Assembly (NCBI GenBank): GCA_964016885.1
Contig: OZ024760.1
Span: 34,720,001-34,784,000 of the forward strand
Direction: 5' to 3'
From: Eledone cirrhosa
Taxonomy: Eukaryota
DNA: 64,000 nt
The translations under genes were made by a program, and so were the position numbers. Of the stretch, positions 25,700 to 41,209 are shown piece after piece (positions within the stretch are counted from its first letter, which is position 1; every line of letters starts with the position of its first letter). The notes beneath the pieces are model-generated. The model did not search any database and was not told the DNA's origin. It saw only the letters and a program-made list of their open reading frames with translations.

Positions 25700-28600
25700 A
25701 AGGGTTATATCTACACTGTTTTTGTCTGGGTTATATTAAAAGGGTTATATCTACACTGTTTTGTCCTGGTTGATATTCAAAGGGTTATATCTACACTGTT
25801 TTGTCCCAGTTGATATTGAAAGGGTTATATCTATACTGTTTTTATTTGGGTTATATTAAAAGGGTTATAGCTACACTGCTTTGTCCTGGTTGATATTAAA
25901 AGGGTTATATCTACACTGTTTTGTCTGGGTTATATTAAAAGGGTTATATCTACACTGTTTTGTCTGGGTTATATTAAAAGGGTTATATCTACACTGTTTT
26001 GTATCGGTTATATTAAAAGGGTTATATCTACACTGTTTTGTCTGGTTGATATTAAAAGGGTTATATCTACACTGTTTTGTCTGGGTTTTATTAAAAGGGT
26101 TATATCTACACTGTTTTGTCTGGGTTATATTAAAAGGGTTATATCTACACTGGTTTGTCCTGGTTGATATTAAAACGGTTATATCTACACTATTTTGTCT
26201 GGGTTATATTAAAAGGGTTATATCTATACTGTTTTGTCCTGGTTGATATTAAAAGGGTTATATCTACACTGTTTTTGTCTGGGTTATATTGAAAGGGTTA
26301 TATCTACACTGTTTTGGCTGGTTGATATTAAAAGGGTTATACCTACACTGTTTTGTCTGGGTTATATCAAAAGGGTTATATCTACACTGTTTTGTCTGGT
26401 TGATATTAAAAGGGTTATATCTACATTGTTTTTGTCTGGGTTATATTAAAAGGGTTATATCTACACTGTTTTGTCCTGGTTGATATTCAAAGGGTTATAT
26501 CTACACTGTTTTGTCAGGGTTATATCTACACTGTTTTGTCTGGGTTATATTAAAAGGGTTATATCTACACTGTTTTGTCTGGTTGATATTAAAAGGGTTA
26601 TATCTACACTGTTTTATGTGGGTTATATTAAAAGGGTTATATCTACACTGTTTTGTCTGGGTTATATTAAAAGGGTTATATCTACACTGTTTTGTCTGGT
26701 TGATATTAAAAGGGTTATATCTACACTGTTTTGTCCCAGTTGATATTAAAAGGGTTATATCTACACTGTTTTTGTCTGGGTTATATTAAAAGGGTTATAT
26801 CTACACTGTTTTGTCCTGGTTGATATTCAAAGGGTTATATCTATACTGTTTTTATTTGGGTTATATTAAAAGGGTTATAGCTACACTGCTTTGTCCTGGT
26901 TGATATTAAAAGGGTTATATCTACACTGTGTTGTCTGGGTTATATTAAAAGGGTTATATCTACACTGTTTTGTCTGGGTTATATTAAAAGGGTTATATCT
27001 ACACTGTTTTGTATCGGTTATATTAAAAGGGTTATATCTACACTGGTTTGTCCTGGTTGATATTAAAACGGTTATATCTACACTGTTTTGTCTGGGTTAT
27101 ATTAAAAGGGTTATATCTATACTGTTTTGTCCTGGTTGATATTAAAAGGGTTATATCTACACTGTTTTTGTCTGGGTTATATTGAAAGGGTTACATCTAC
27201 ACTGTTTTGGCTGGTTGATATTAAAAGGGTTATACCTACACTGTTTTGTCTGGGTTATATCAAAAGGGTTATATCTACACTGTTTTGTCTGGTTGATATT
27301 AAAAGGGTTATATCTACACTGTTTTTGTCTGGGTTATATTAAAAGGGTTATATCTACACTGTTTTGTCCTGGTTGATATTCAAAGGGTTATATCTACACT
27401 GTTTTGTCAGGGTTATATCTACACTGTTTTGTCTGGGTTATATTAAAAGGGTTATATCTACACTGGTTTGTCCTGGTTGATATTAAAAGGGTTATATCAA
27501 CACTGATTCGTCTGGGTTATATTAAAAGGGTTATATCTACACTGTTTTTGTCTGGGTTATATTAAAAGGGTTATATCTACACTGTTTTGTCTGGTTGATA
27601 TTAAAAGAGTTATATCTATACTGTTTTGTCTGGTTTATATTAAAAGGGTTATATCTACAGTTTTGTCTATGTTATATTAAAAGGGTTATATCTACACTGC
27701 TTTGTCTAGTTGGATATTAAAAGGGTTATATCTACACTGTTTTGTCCTGGTTGATATTAAAAGGGTTATATCTACACTGTTTTTGTCTGGGTTATATTAA
27801 AAGGGTTATATCTACACTGTTTTTGTCTGGGTTATATTAAAAGGGTTATATCTACACTGTTTTGTCCTGGTTGATATTCAAAGGGTTATATCTACACTGT
27901 TTTGTCCCAGTTGATATTAAAAGGGTTATATCTATACTGTTTTTATTTGGGTTATATTAAAAGGGTTATAGCTACACTGCTTTGTCCTGGTTGATATTAA
28001 AAGGGTTATATCTACACTGTTTTGTCTGGGTTATATTAAAAGGGTTATATCTACACTGTTTTGTCTGGGTTATATTAAAAGGGTTATATCTACACTGTTT
28101 TGTATCGGTTATATTAAAAGGGTTATATCTACACTGTTTTGTCTGGTTGATATTAAAAGGGTTATATCTACACTGTTTTGTCTGGGTTTTATTAAAAGGG
28201 TTATATCTACACTGTTTTGTCTGGGTTATATTAAAAGGGTTATATCTACACTGGTTTGTCCTGGTTGATATTAAAACGGTTATATCTACACTGTTTTGTC
28301 TGGGTTATATTAAAAGGGTTATATCTATACTGTTTTGTCCTGGTTGATATTAAAAGGGTTATATCTACACTGTTTTTGTCTGGGTTATATTGAAAGGGTT
28401 ATATCTACACTGTTTTGGCTGGTTGATATTAAAAGGGTTATACCTACACTGTTTTGTCTGGGTTATATCAAAAGGGTTATATCTACACTGTTTTGTCTGG
28501 TTGATATTAAAAGGGTTATATCTACATTGTTTTTGTCTGGGTTATATTAAAAGGGTTATATCTACACTGTTTTGTCCTGGTTGATATTCAAAGGGTTATA

Positions 28601-29920
28601 TCTACACTGTTTTGTCAGGGTTATATCTACACTGTTTTGTCTGGGTTATATTAAAAGGGTTATATCTACACTGTTTTGTCTGGTTGATATTAAAAGGGTT
28701 ATATCTACACTGTTTTATGTGGGTTATATTAAAAGGGTTATATCTACACTGTTTTGTCTGGGTTATATTAAAAGGGTTATATCTACACTGTTTTGTCTGG
28801 TTGATATTAAAAGGGTTATATCTACACTGTTTTGTCCCAGTTGATATTAAAAGGGTTATATCTACACTGTTTTTGTCTGGGTTATATTAAAAGGGTTATA
28901 TCTACACTGTTTTGTCCTGGTTGATATTCAAAGGGTTATATCTATACTGTTTTTATTTGGGTTATATTAAAAGGGTTATAGCTACACTGCTTTGTCCTGG
29001 TTCATATTAAAAGGGTTATATCTACACTGTTTTGTCTGGATTATATTAAAAGGGTTATATCTACACTGTTTTGTCTGGGTTATATTAAAAGGGTTATATC
29101 TACACTGTTTTGTATCGGTTATATTAAAAGGATTATATCTACACTGGTTTGTCCTGGTTGATATTAAAACGGTTATATCTACACTGTTTTGTCTGGGTTA
29201 TATTAAAAGGGTTATATCTATACTGTTTTGTCCTGGTTGATATTAAAAGGGTTATATCTACACTGTTTTTGTCTGGGTTATATTGAAAGGGTTATATCTA
29301 CACTGTTTTGGCTGGTTGATATTAAAAGGGTTATACCTACACTGTTTTGTCTGGGTTATATCAAAAGGGTTATATCTACACTGTTTTGTCTGGTTGATAT
29401 TAAAAGGGTTATATCTACACTGTTTTTGTCTGGGTTATATTAAAAGGGTTATATCTACACTGTTTTGTCCTGGTTGATATTCAAAGGGTTATATCTACAC
29501 TGTTTTGTCAGGGTTATATCTACACTGTTTTGTCTGGGTTATATTAAAAGGGTTATATCTACACTGGTTTGTCCTGGTTGATATTAAAAGGGTTATATCA
29601 ACTCTGATTCGTCTGGGTTATATTAAAAGGGTTATATCTACACTGTTTTTGTCTGGGTTATATTAAAAGGGTTATATCTACACTGTTTTGTCTGGTTGAT
29701 ATTAAAAGAGTTATATCTATACTGTTTTGTCTGGTTTATATTAAAAGGGTTATATCTACAGTTTTGTCTATGTTATATTAAAAGGGTTATATCTACACTG
29801 CTTTGTCTAGTTGGATATTAAAAGGGTTATATCTACACTGTTTTGTCCTGGTTGATATTAAAAGGGTTATATCTACACTGTTTTTGTCTGGGTTATATTA
29901 AAAGGGTTATATCTACACTG
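25700..29920 (+). repeat. Tandem higher-order repeat, 2 x 2101 bp (no SINE)
   Basis: ORF pairs 25881/27982, 26471/28572 and 27127/29228; boundaries approximate. Confidence 0.88.
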
Positions 29921-30026
29921 TTTTGTATGGGTTATATTAAAAGGGTTATATCTACACTGTTTTGTCTGGGATATATTAAAAGGGTTATATCTACACTGTT
30001 TTGTCTGGGTTATATTAAAAGGGTTA

Positions 30027-30213
30027 ATATAGCGGTGCATTAGCAGTATCAGTAGAGTCGTACACCATGCTTTGAAGCATAGAGTTACGTCCCTTTATGA
30101 AGTGAGTTCAAATTCCGCCCCGGTTAACTTTGCCTTTCATCCTTACGGGGTCGATAAAATAAAGTACCAGTAATCTACTGGCTAATTGTTGGCCTTGTGC
30201 CAAAAGTAGAAAC
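30027..30213 (+). mobile_element. SINE-like element, copy 6 (haplotype B)
   Basis: Shares TAATCTACTGG/AATTGTTGGCC with copy 5; private GTCGTACAC; offset 5137. Confidence 0.85.
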
Positions 30214-32233
30214 AGTTATATTAAATGGGTTATATCTAGACTGTTTTGTCTGGTTGATATTACAAGGGTTATATCTACACCGTTTTGTCTGGGTTATATT
30301 TAAAGGCTTATATCTACACTGTGTTGTCTGGTGAAATATTAAAAGGGTTATATCTACACTGTATTGTCTGGTTGATATTAAAAGGGGTATATCTACACTG
30401 TTTTGTCTGGGTTATATTAAAAGGGTTATATATACACTGTTTTATCTGCGTTATATTAAAAGGGTTATATCTACACTGTTTTGTCTGGGTTTTATTAAAA
30501 GTGTTATATCGACAGTGTTTTGTCTGGTTGATATTAAAAGGGTTATATCTACACTGTTTTGTCCTGGTTGATATTAAAAGGGTTATATCTACACTGTTTT
30601 TTCTGGGTTATATTAAAAGGGTTATATCTACACTGTTTTGTCTGGTTGATATTAAAAGGGTTATATCTACACTGTTTTGTGTGGGTTATATTAAAAGGGT
30701 TATATCTACACTGTTTTGTGTGGGTTATATCAAAAGGGTTATATCTACACTGTTTTGTGTGGGTTATATCAAAAGGGTTATATCTACACTGTTTTGTGTG
30801 GGTTATATTAAAAGGGTTATATCTACACTGTTTTGTGTGGGTTATATCAAAAGGGTTATATCTACACTGTTTTGTGTGGGTTATATTAAAAGGGTTATAT
30901 CTACACTGTTTTGTGTGGGTTATATTAAAAGGGTTATATCTACACTGTTTTGTCTGGGTTATATTAAAAGGGTTATATCTACACTGTTTTGTCTGGGTTA
31001 TATTAAAAGGGTTATATCTACACTGTTTTGTCTGGGTTATATTAAAAGGGTTATATCTACACTGTTTTGGCTAGTTGATATTTAAAGGGTTATACCTACA
31101 CTGTTTTGTCTGGGTTATATCAAAAGGGTTATATCTATACTGTTTTGTCTGGTTAGTATTAAAAGGGTTATATCTACGCTGTTTTGTCCGGGTTATATTA
31201 GAAGGGTTATATCTACACTGTTTTGTCGTGGTTGATATTAAAAGGGTTATATCTAAACTGTTTTGTCTGGGTTATATTAAAAGGGTTATATCTACACTAT
31301 TTTGTCTGGTTGATATTAAAAGGGTTATATCTACACTGAGTTGTCCCGGTTGATATTAAAAGGGTTATATCTACACTGTTTTTGTCTGGGTTATATTAAA
31401 AGGGTTATATCTACACTGTTTTGTCCTGGTTGATATTCAAAGGGTTATATCTATACTGTTTTTATTTGGGTTATATTAAAAGGGTTATAGCTACACTGCT
31501 TTGTCCTGGTTGATATTAAAAGGGTTATATCTACACTGTTTTGTCTGGTTTATATTAAAAGGGTTATATCTACACTGTTTTGTCTGGGTTATCTTAAAAG
31601 GGTTATATCTACACTGTTTTGTGTGGGTTATATTAAAAGGGTTATATCTACACTGTTTTTGTCTGGGTTATATTAAAAGGGTTATATCTACACTGTTTTG
31701 TCTGGTTGATATTAAAAGAGTTATATCTATACTGTTTTGTCTGGGTTATATTAAAAGGGTTATATCTACAGTTTTGTCTAGGTTATATTAAAAGGGTTAT
31801 ATCTACACTGTTTTGTCCTGGTTGATATTAAAAGGGTTATATCTACACTGTTTTTTCTGGGTTATATTAAAAGGGTTATATCTATACGGGTTTGTCCTGG
31901 TTGATATTAAAAGGGTTATATCTACACTCTTTTTGTCTGGGTTATATTAAAAAGGTTATATCTACACTGTTTTGTCTGGTTGATATTAAAAGAGTTATAT
32001 CTATACTGTTTTTGTCTGGGTTATATTAAAAGGGTTATATCTACACTGTTTTGTGTGGGTTATATCAAAAGGGTTATATCTACACTGTTTTGTGTGGGTT
32101 ATATCAAAAGGGTTATATCTACACTGTTTTGTGTGGGTTATATTAAAAGGGTTATATCTACACTGTTTTGTCTGGGTTATATTAATAGTGTTATATCTAC
32201 ACTGTTTTTGTCTGGGTTATATTAAAAGTGTTA

Positions 32234-32420
32234 ATATAGCGGTGCATTAGCAGTATCAGTAGAGTCGGACACCATGCTTTGAAGCATAGAGTTACGTCCC
32301 TTTATGAAGTGAGTTCAAATTCCGCCCCGGTTAACTTTGCCTTTCATCCTTACGGGGTCGATAAAATAAAGTACCAGTAATGTACTGGCTAATTGCTGGC
32401 CTTGTGCCAAAAGTAGAAAG
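32234..32420 (+). mobile_element. SINE-like element, copy 7 (haplotype C)
   Basis: Ends AGAAAG rather than AGAAAC; downstream TTTTCTCTGG. Confidence 0.85.
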
Positions 32421-35400
32421 AGTTATATTAAAAGGGTTATATCTAGACTGTTTTCTCTGGTTGATATTACAAGGGTTATATCTACACTGTGTTGTCTGGT
32501 TATATTAAAAGGGTTATATCTACACTGTTTTGTCTGGTTGATATTAAAAGGGGTATATCTACACTGTTTTGTCTGGGTTATATTAAAAGGGTTATATATA
32601 CACTGTTTTATCTGCGTTATATTAAAAGGGTTATATCTACACTGTTTTGTCTGGGTTTTATTAAAAGTGTTATATCGACACTGTTTTGTCTGGTTGATAT
32701 TAAAAGGGTTATATCTACACTGTTTTTTCTGGGTTATATTAAAAGGGTTATATCTACACTGTTTTGTCCTGGTTGATATTAAAAGGGTTATATCTACACT
32801 GTTTTTTCTGGGTTATATTAAAAGGGTTATATCTATACGGTTTTGTCCTGGTTGATATTAAAAGGGTTATATCTACACTGTTTTTGTCTGGGTTATATTA
32901 AAAAGCTTATATCTACACTGTTTTGTCTGGTTGATATTAAAAGAGTTATATCTATACTGTTTTTGTCTGGGTTATATTAAAAGGGTTATATCTACACTGT
33001 TTTGTGTGGGTTATATCAAAAGGGTTACATCTACACTGTTTTGTGTGGGTCATATTAAAAGGGTTATATCTACACTGTTTTGTCTGGGTTATATTAAAAG
33101 GGTTATATCTACACTGTTTTGTCCTGGTTGATATTAAAAGGGTTATATCTACACTGTTTTTGTCTGGGTTATATTAAAAGGGTTATATCTACACTGTTTT
33201 GTCTGGGTTATATTAAAAGGCTTATATCTACACTGTTTTGTCCTGGTTGATATTAAAAGGGTTATATCTACACTGTTTTTGTCTGGGTTATATTGAAAGG
33301 GTTATATCTACACTGTTTTGTGTGGGTTACATTAAAAGGGTTATATCTACATTGTTTTGTTTGGGCTATATTAAAAGGGTTATATCTACACTGTTTTGTC
33401 TGGGTTATATTAAAAGGATTATATCTACACTGTTTTGTCCTGGTTGATATTAAAAGGGTTATATCTACACTGTTTTTGTCTGGGTTATATTAAAAGGCTT
33501 ATATCTACACTGTTTTGTCCTGGTTGATATTAAAAGGGTTATATCTACACTGTTTTTGTCTGGGTTATATTGAAAGGGTTATATCTACACTGTTTTGTGT
33601 GGGTTACATTAAAAGGGTTATATCTACATTGTTTTGTCTGGGCTATATTAAAAGGGTTATATCTACACTGTTTTGTCTGGGTTATATTAAAAGGGTTATA
33701 TCTACACTGTTTTGTCTGGGTTATATTAAAAGGGTTATATCTACACTGTTTTGGCTAGTTGATATTTAAAGGGTTATACCTACACTGTTTTGTCTGGGTT
33801 ATATCAAAAGGGTTATATCTATACTGTTTTGTCTGGTTAGTATTAAAAGGGTTATATCTACGCTGTTTTGTCCGGGTTATATTAAAAGGGTTATATCTAC
33901 ACTGTTTTGTCCTGGTTGATGTTAAAAGGGTTATATCTAAACTGTTTTGTCTGGGTTATATTAAAAGGGTTATATCTACACTATTTTGTCTGGTTGATAT
34001 TAAAAGGGTTATATCTACACTGAGTTGTCCCGGTTGATATTAAAAGTGTTATATCTACACTGTTTTTGTCTGGGTTATATTAAAAGGGTTGTATCTACAC
34101 TGGTTTGTCTGGTTGATATTAAAAGGGTTATATCTACACTGTTTTTGTCTGGGTTATATTAAAAGGGTTATATCTACACTGTTTTGTCTGGGTTATATTA
34201 AAAGGCTTATATCTACACTGGTTTGTCCTGGTTGATATTAAAACGGTTATATCTACACTGTTTTGTCTGGGTTATATTAAAAGGGTTATATCTACACTGT
34301 TTTGTGTGGGTTATATCAAAAGGGTTACATCTACACTGTTTTGTGTGGGTCATATTAAAAGGGTTATATCTACACTGTTTTGTCTGGGTTATATTAAAAG
34401 GGTTATATCTACACTGTTTTGTCCTGGTTGATATTAAAAGGGTTATATCTACACTGTTTTTGTCTGGGTTATATTAAAAGGGTTATATCTACACTGTTTT
34501 GTCTGGGTAATATTAAAAGGCTTATATCTACACTGTTTTGTCCTGGTTGATATTAAAAGGGTTATATCTACACTGTTTTTGTCTGGGTTATATTGAAAGG
34601 GTTATATCTACACTGTTTTGTGTGGGTTACATTAAAAGGGTTATATCTACATTGTTTTGTCTGGGCTATATTAAAAGGGTTATATCTACACTGTTTTGTC
34701 TGGGTTATATTAAAAGGGTTATATCTACACTGTTTTGTCCTGGTTGATATTAAAAGGGTTATATCTACACTGTTTTTGTCTGGGTTATATTAAAAGGGTT
34801 ATATCTACACTGTTTTGTCTGGGTTATATTAAAAGGGTTATATATACACTGTTTTATCTGCGTTATATTAAAAGGGTTATATCTACACTGTTTTGTCTGG
34901 GTTTTATTAAAAGTGTTATATCGACAGTGTTTTGTCTGGTTGATATTAAAAGGGTTATATCTACACTGTTTTGTCCTGGTTGATATTAAAAGGGTTATAT
35001 CTACACTGTTTTTTCTGGGTTATATTAAAAGGGTTATATCTACACTGTTTTGTCTGGTTGATATTAAAAGGGTTATATCTACACTGTTTTGTGTGGGTTA
35101 TATTAAAAGGGTTATATCTACACTGTTTTGTCTGCTTGATATTAAAAGAGTTATATCTATACTGTTTTTGTCTGGGTTATATTAAAAGGGTTATATCTAC
35201 ACTGTTTTGTGTGGGTTATATCAAAAGGGTTATATCTACACTGTTTTGTGTGGGTTATATCAAAAGGGTTATATCTACACTGTTTTGTGTGGGTTATATT
35301 AAAAGGGTTATATCTACACTGTTTTGTCTGGGTTATATTAAAAGGGTTATATCTACACTGTTTTGTCTGGGTTATATTAAAAGGGTTATATCTACACTGT

Positions 35401-36647
35401 TTTGGCTAGTTGATATTTAAAGGGTTATACCTACACTGTTTTGTCTGGGTTATATCAAAAGGGTTATATCTATACTGTTTTGTCTGGTTAGTATTAAAAG
35501 GGTTATATCTACGCTGTTTTGTCCGGGTTATATTAGAAGGGTTATATCTACACTGTTTTGTCGTGGTTGATATTAAAAGGGTTATATCTAAACTGTTTTG
35601 TCTGGGTTATATTAAAAGGGTTATATCTACACTATTTTGTCTGGTTGATATTAAAAGGGTTATATCTACACTGAGTTGTCCCGGTTGATATTAAAAGGGT
35701 TATATCTACACTGTTTTTGTCTGGGTTATATTAAAAGGGTTATATCTACACTGTTTTGTCCTGGTTGATATTCAAAGGGTTATATCTATACTGTTTTTAT
35801 TTGGGTTATATTAAAAGGGTTATAGCTACACTGCTTTGTCCTGGTTGATATTAAAAGGGTTATATCTACACTGTTTTGTCTGGTTTATATTAAAAGGGTT
35901 ATATCTACACTGTTTTGTCTGGGTTATCTTAAAAGGGTTATATCTACACTGTTTTGTCTGGGTTATATTAAAAGGGTTATATCTACACTGTTTTGTCTGG
36001 GTTATATTATAAGGGTTATATCTACACTGTTTTGTCCTGGTTGATATTAAAAGGGTTATATCTACACTGTTTTTGTCTGGGTTATATTAAAAGGGTTATA
36101 TCTACACTGTTTTGTCTGGTTGATATTAAAAGAGTTATATCTATACTGTTTTGTCTGGGTTATATTAAAAGGGTTATATCTACAGTTTTGTCTAGGTTAT
36201 ATTAAAAGGGTTATATCTACACTGTTTTGTCCTGGTTGATATTAAAAGGGTTATATCTACACTGTTTTTTCTGGGTTATATTAAAAGGGTTATATCTATA
36301 CGGGTTTGTCCTGGTTGATATTAAAAGGGTTATATCTACACTCTTTTTGTCTGGGTTATATTAAAAAGGTTATATCTACACTGTTTTGTCTGGTTGATAT
36401 TAAAAGAGTTATATCTATACTGTTTTTGTCTGGGTTATATTAAAAGGGTTATATCTACACTGTTTTGTGTGGGTTATATCAAAAGGGTTATATCTACACT
36501 GTTTTGTGTGGGTTATATCAAAAGGGTTATATCTACACTGTTTTGTGTGGGTTATATTAAAAGGGTTATATCTACACTGTTTTGTCTGGGTTATATTAAT
36601 AGTGTTATATCTACACTGTTTTTGTCTGGGTTATATTAAAAGTGTTA

Positions 36648-36834
36648 ATATAGCGGTGCATTAGCAGTATCAGTAGAGTCGGACACCATGCTTTGAAGCA
36701 TAGAGTTACGTCCCTTTATGAAGTGAGTTCAAATTCCGCCCCGGTTAACTTTGCCTTTCATCCTTACGGGGTCGATAAAATAAAGTACCAGTAATGTACT
36801 GGCTAATTGCTGGCCTTGTGCCAAAAGTAGAAAG
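36648..36834 (+). mobile_element. SINE-like element, copy 8 (haplotype C)
   Basis: Same as copy 7, offset 4414. Confidence 0.85.
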
Positions 36835-39800
36835 AGTTATATTAAAAGGGTTATATCTAGACTGTTTTCTCTGGTTGATATTACAAGGGTTATATCTACA
36901 CTGTGTTGTCTGGTTATATTAAAAGGGTTATATCTACACTGTTTTGTCTGGTTGATATTAAAAGGGGTATATCTACACTGTTTTGTCTGGGTTATATTAA
37001 AAGGGTTATATATACACTGTTTTATCTGCGTTATATTAAAAGGGTTATATCTACACTGTTTTGTCTGGGTTTTATTAAAAGTGTTATATCGACACTGTTT
37101 TGTCTGGTTGATATTAAAAGGGTTATATCTACACTGTTTTGTCCTGGTTGATATTAAAAGGGTTATATCTACACTGTTTTTTCTGGGTTATATTAAAAGG
37201 GTTATATCTATACGGTTTTGTCCTGGTTGATATTAAAAGGGTTATATCTACACTGTTTTTGTCTGGGTTATATTAAAAAGGTTATATCTACACTGTTTTG
37301 TCTGGTTGATATTAAAAGAGTTATATCTATACTGTTTTTGTCTGGGTTATATTAAAAGGGTTATATCTACACTGTTTTGTGTGGGTTATATCAAAAGGGT
37401 TACATCTACACTGTTTTGTGTGGGTCATATTAAAAGGGTTATATCTACACTGTTTTGTCTGGGTTATATTAAAAGGGTTATATCTACACTGTTTTGTCCT
37501 GGTTGATATTAAAAGGGTTATATCTACACTGTTTTTGTCTGGGTTATATTAAAAGGGTTATATCTACACTGTTTTGTCTGGATTATATTAAAAGGCTTAT
37601 ATCTACACTGTTTTGTCCTGGTTGATATTAAAAGGGTTATATCTACACTGTTTTTGTCTGGGTTATATTGAAAGGGTTATATCTACACTGTTTTGTGTGG
37701 GTTACATTAAAAGGATTATATCTACATTGTTTTGTTTGGGCTATATTAAAAGGGTTATATCTACACTGTTTTGTCTGGGTTATATTAAAAGGGTTATATC
37801 TACACTGTTTTGTCCTGGTTGATATTAAAAGGGTTATATCTACACTGTTTTTGTCTGGGTTATATTAAAAGGCTTATATCTACACTGTTTTGTCCTGGTT
37901 GATATTAAAAGGGTTATATCTACACTGTTTTTGTCTGGGTTATATTGAAAGGGTTATATCTACACTGTTTTGTGTGGGTTACATTAAAAGGGTTATATCT
38001 ACATTGTTTTGTCTGGGCTATATTAAAAGGGTTATATCTACACTGTTTTGTCTGGGTTATATTAAAAGGGTTATATCTACACTGTTTTGTCTGGGTTATA
38101 TTAAAAGGGTTATATCTACACTGTTTTGGCTAGTTGATATTTAAAGGGTTATACCTACACTGTTTTGTCTGGGTTATATCAAAAGGGTTATATCTATACT
38201 GTTTTGTCTGGTTAGTATTAAAAGGGTTATATCTACGCTGTTTTGTCTGGGTTATATTAAAAGGGTTATATCTACACTGTTTTGTCCTGGTTGATGTTAA
38301 AAGGGTTATATCTAAACTGTTTTGTCTGGGTTATATTAAAAGGGTTATATCTACACTATTTTGTCTGGTTGATATTAAAAGGGTTATATCTACACTGAGT
38401 TGTCCCGGTTGATATTAAAAGGGTTATATCTACACTGTTTTTGTCTGGGTTATATTAAAAGGGTTGTATCTACACTGGTTTGTCTGGTTGATATTAAAAG
38501 GGTTATATCTACACTGTTTTTGTCTGGGTTATATTAAAAGGGTTATATCTACACTGTTTTGTCTGGGTTATATTAAAAGGCTTATATCTACACTGGTTTG
38601 TCCTGGTTGATATTAAAACGGTTATATCTACACTGTTTTGTCTGGGTTATATTAAAAGGGTTATATCTACACTGTTTTGTGTGGGTTATATCAAAAGGGT
38701 TACATCTACACTGTTTTGTGTGGGTCATATTAAAAGGGTTATATCTACACTGTTTTGTCTGGGTTATATTAAAAGGGTTATATCTACACTGTTTTGTCCT
38801 GGTTGATATTAAAAGGGTTATATCTACACTGTTTTTGTCTGGGTTATATTAAAAGGGTTATATCTACACTGTTTTGTCTGGGTAATATTAAAAGGCTTAT
38901 ATCTACACTGTTTTGTCCTGGTTGATATTAAAAGGGTTATATCTACACTGTTTTTGTCTGGGTTATATTGAAAGGGTTATATCTACACTGTTTTGTGTGG
39001 GTTACATTAAAAGGGTTATATCTACATTGTTTTGTCTGGGCTATATTAAAAGGGTTATATCTACACTGTTTTGTCTGGGTTATATTAAAAGGGTTATATC
39101 TACACTGTTTTGTCCTGGTTGATATTAAAAGGGTTATATCTACACTGTTTTTGTCTGGGTTATATTAAAAGGGTTATATCTACACTGTTTTGTCTGGGTT
39201 ATATTAAAAGGGTTATATATACACTGTTTTATCTGCGTTATATTAAAAGGGTTATATCTACACTGTTTTGTCTGGGTTTTATTAAAAGTGTTATATCGAC
39301 AGTGTTTTGTCTGGTTGATATTAAAAGGGTTATATCTACACTGTTTTGTCCTGGTTGATATTAAAAGGGTTATATCTACACTGTTTTTTCTGGGTTATAT
39401 TAAAAGGGTTATATCTACACTGTTTTGTCTGGTTGATATTAAAAGGGTTATATCTACACTGTTTTGTGTGGGTTATATTAAAAGGGTTATATCTACACTG
39501 TTTTGTCTGCTTGATATTAAAAGAGTTATATCTATACTGTTTTTGTCTGGGTTATATTAAAAGGGTTATATCTACACTGTTTTGTGTGGGTTATATCAAA
39601 AGGGTTATATCTACACTGTTTTGTGTGGGTTATATCAAAAGGGTTATATCTACACTGTTTTGTGTGGGTTATATTAAAAGGGTTATATCTACACTGTTTT
39701 GTCTGGGTTATATTAAAAGGGTTATATCTACACTGTTTTGTCTGGGTTATATTAAAAGGGTTATATCTACACTGTTTTGGCTAGTTGATATTTAAAGGGT

Positions 39801-41022
39801 TATACCTACACTGTTTTGTCTGGGTTATATCAAAAGGGTTATATCTATACTGTTTTGTCTGGTTAGTATTAAAAGGGTTATATCTACGCTGTTTTGTCCG
39901 GGTTATATTAGAAGGGTTATATCTACACTGTTTTGTCGTGGTTGATATTAAAAGGGTTATATCTAAACTGTTTTGTCTGGGTTATATTAAAAGGGTTATA
40001 TCTACACTATTTTGTCTGGTTGATATTAAAAGGGTTATATCTACACTGAGTTGTCCCGGTTGATATTAAAAGGGTTATATCTACACTGTTTTTGTCTGGG
40101 TTATATTAAAAGGGTTATATCTACACTGTTTTGTCCTGGTTGATATTCAAAGGGTTATATCTATACTGTTTTTATTTGGGTTATATTAAAAGGGTTATAG
40201 CTACACTGCTTTGTCCTGGTTGATATTAAAAGGGTTATATCTACACTGTTTTGTCTGGTTTATATTAAAAGGGTTATATCTACACTGTTTTGTCTGGGTT
40301 ATCTTAAAAGGGTTATATCTACACTGTTTTGTCTGGGTTATATTAAAAGGGTTATATCTACACTGTTTTGTCTGGGTTATATTATAAGGGTTATATCTAC
40401 ACTGTTTTGTCCTGGTTGATATTAAAAGGGTTATATCTACACTGTTTTTGTCTGGGTTATATTAAAAGGGTTATATCTACACTGTTTTGTCTGGTTGATA
40501 TTAAAAGAGTTATATCTATACTGTTTTGTCTGGGTTATATTAAAAGGGTTATATCTACAGTTTTGTCTAGGTTATATTAAAAGGGTTATATCTACACTGT
40601 TTTGTCCTGGTTGATATTAAAAGGGTTATATCTACACTGTTTTTTCTGGGTTATATTAAAAGGGTTATATCTATACGGGTTTGTCCTGGTTGATATTAAA
40701 AGGGTTATATCTACACTCTTTTTGTCTGGGTTATATTAAAAAGGTTATATCTACACTGTTTTGTCTGGTTGATATTAAAAGAGTTATATCTATACTGTTT
40801 TTGTCTGGGTTATATTAAAAGGGTTATATCTACACTGTTTTGTGTGGGTTATATCAAAAGGGTTATATCTACACTGTTTTGTGTGGGTTATATCAAAAGG
40901 GTTATATCTACACTGTTTTGTGTGGGTTATATTAAAAGGGTTATATCTACACTGTTTTGTCTGGGTTATATTAATAGTGTTATATCTACACTGTTTTTGT
41001 CTGGGTTATATTAAAAGTGTTA

Positions 41023-41209
41023 ATATAGCGGTGCATTAGCAGTATCAGTAGAGTCGGACACCATGCTTTGAAGCATAGAGTTACGTCCCTTTATGAAGTG
41101 AGTTCAAATTCCGCCCCGGTTAACTTTGCCTTTCATCCTTACGGGGTCGATAAAATAAAGTACCAGTAATGTACTGGCTAATTGCTGGCCTTGTGCCAAA
41201 AGTAGAAAG
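41023..41209 (+). mobile_element. SINE-like element, copy 9 (haplotype C)
   Basis: Same as copy 8, offset 4375. Confidence 0.85.
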
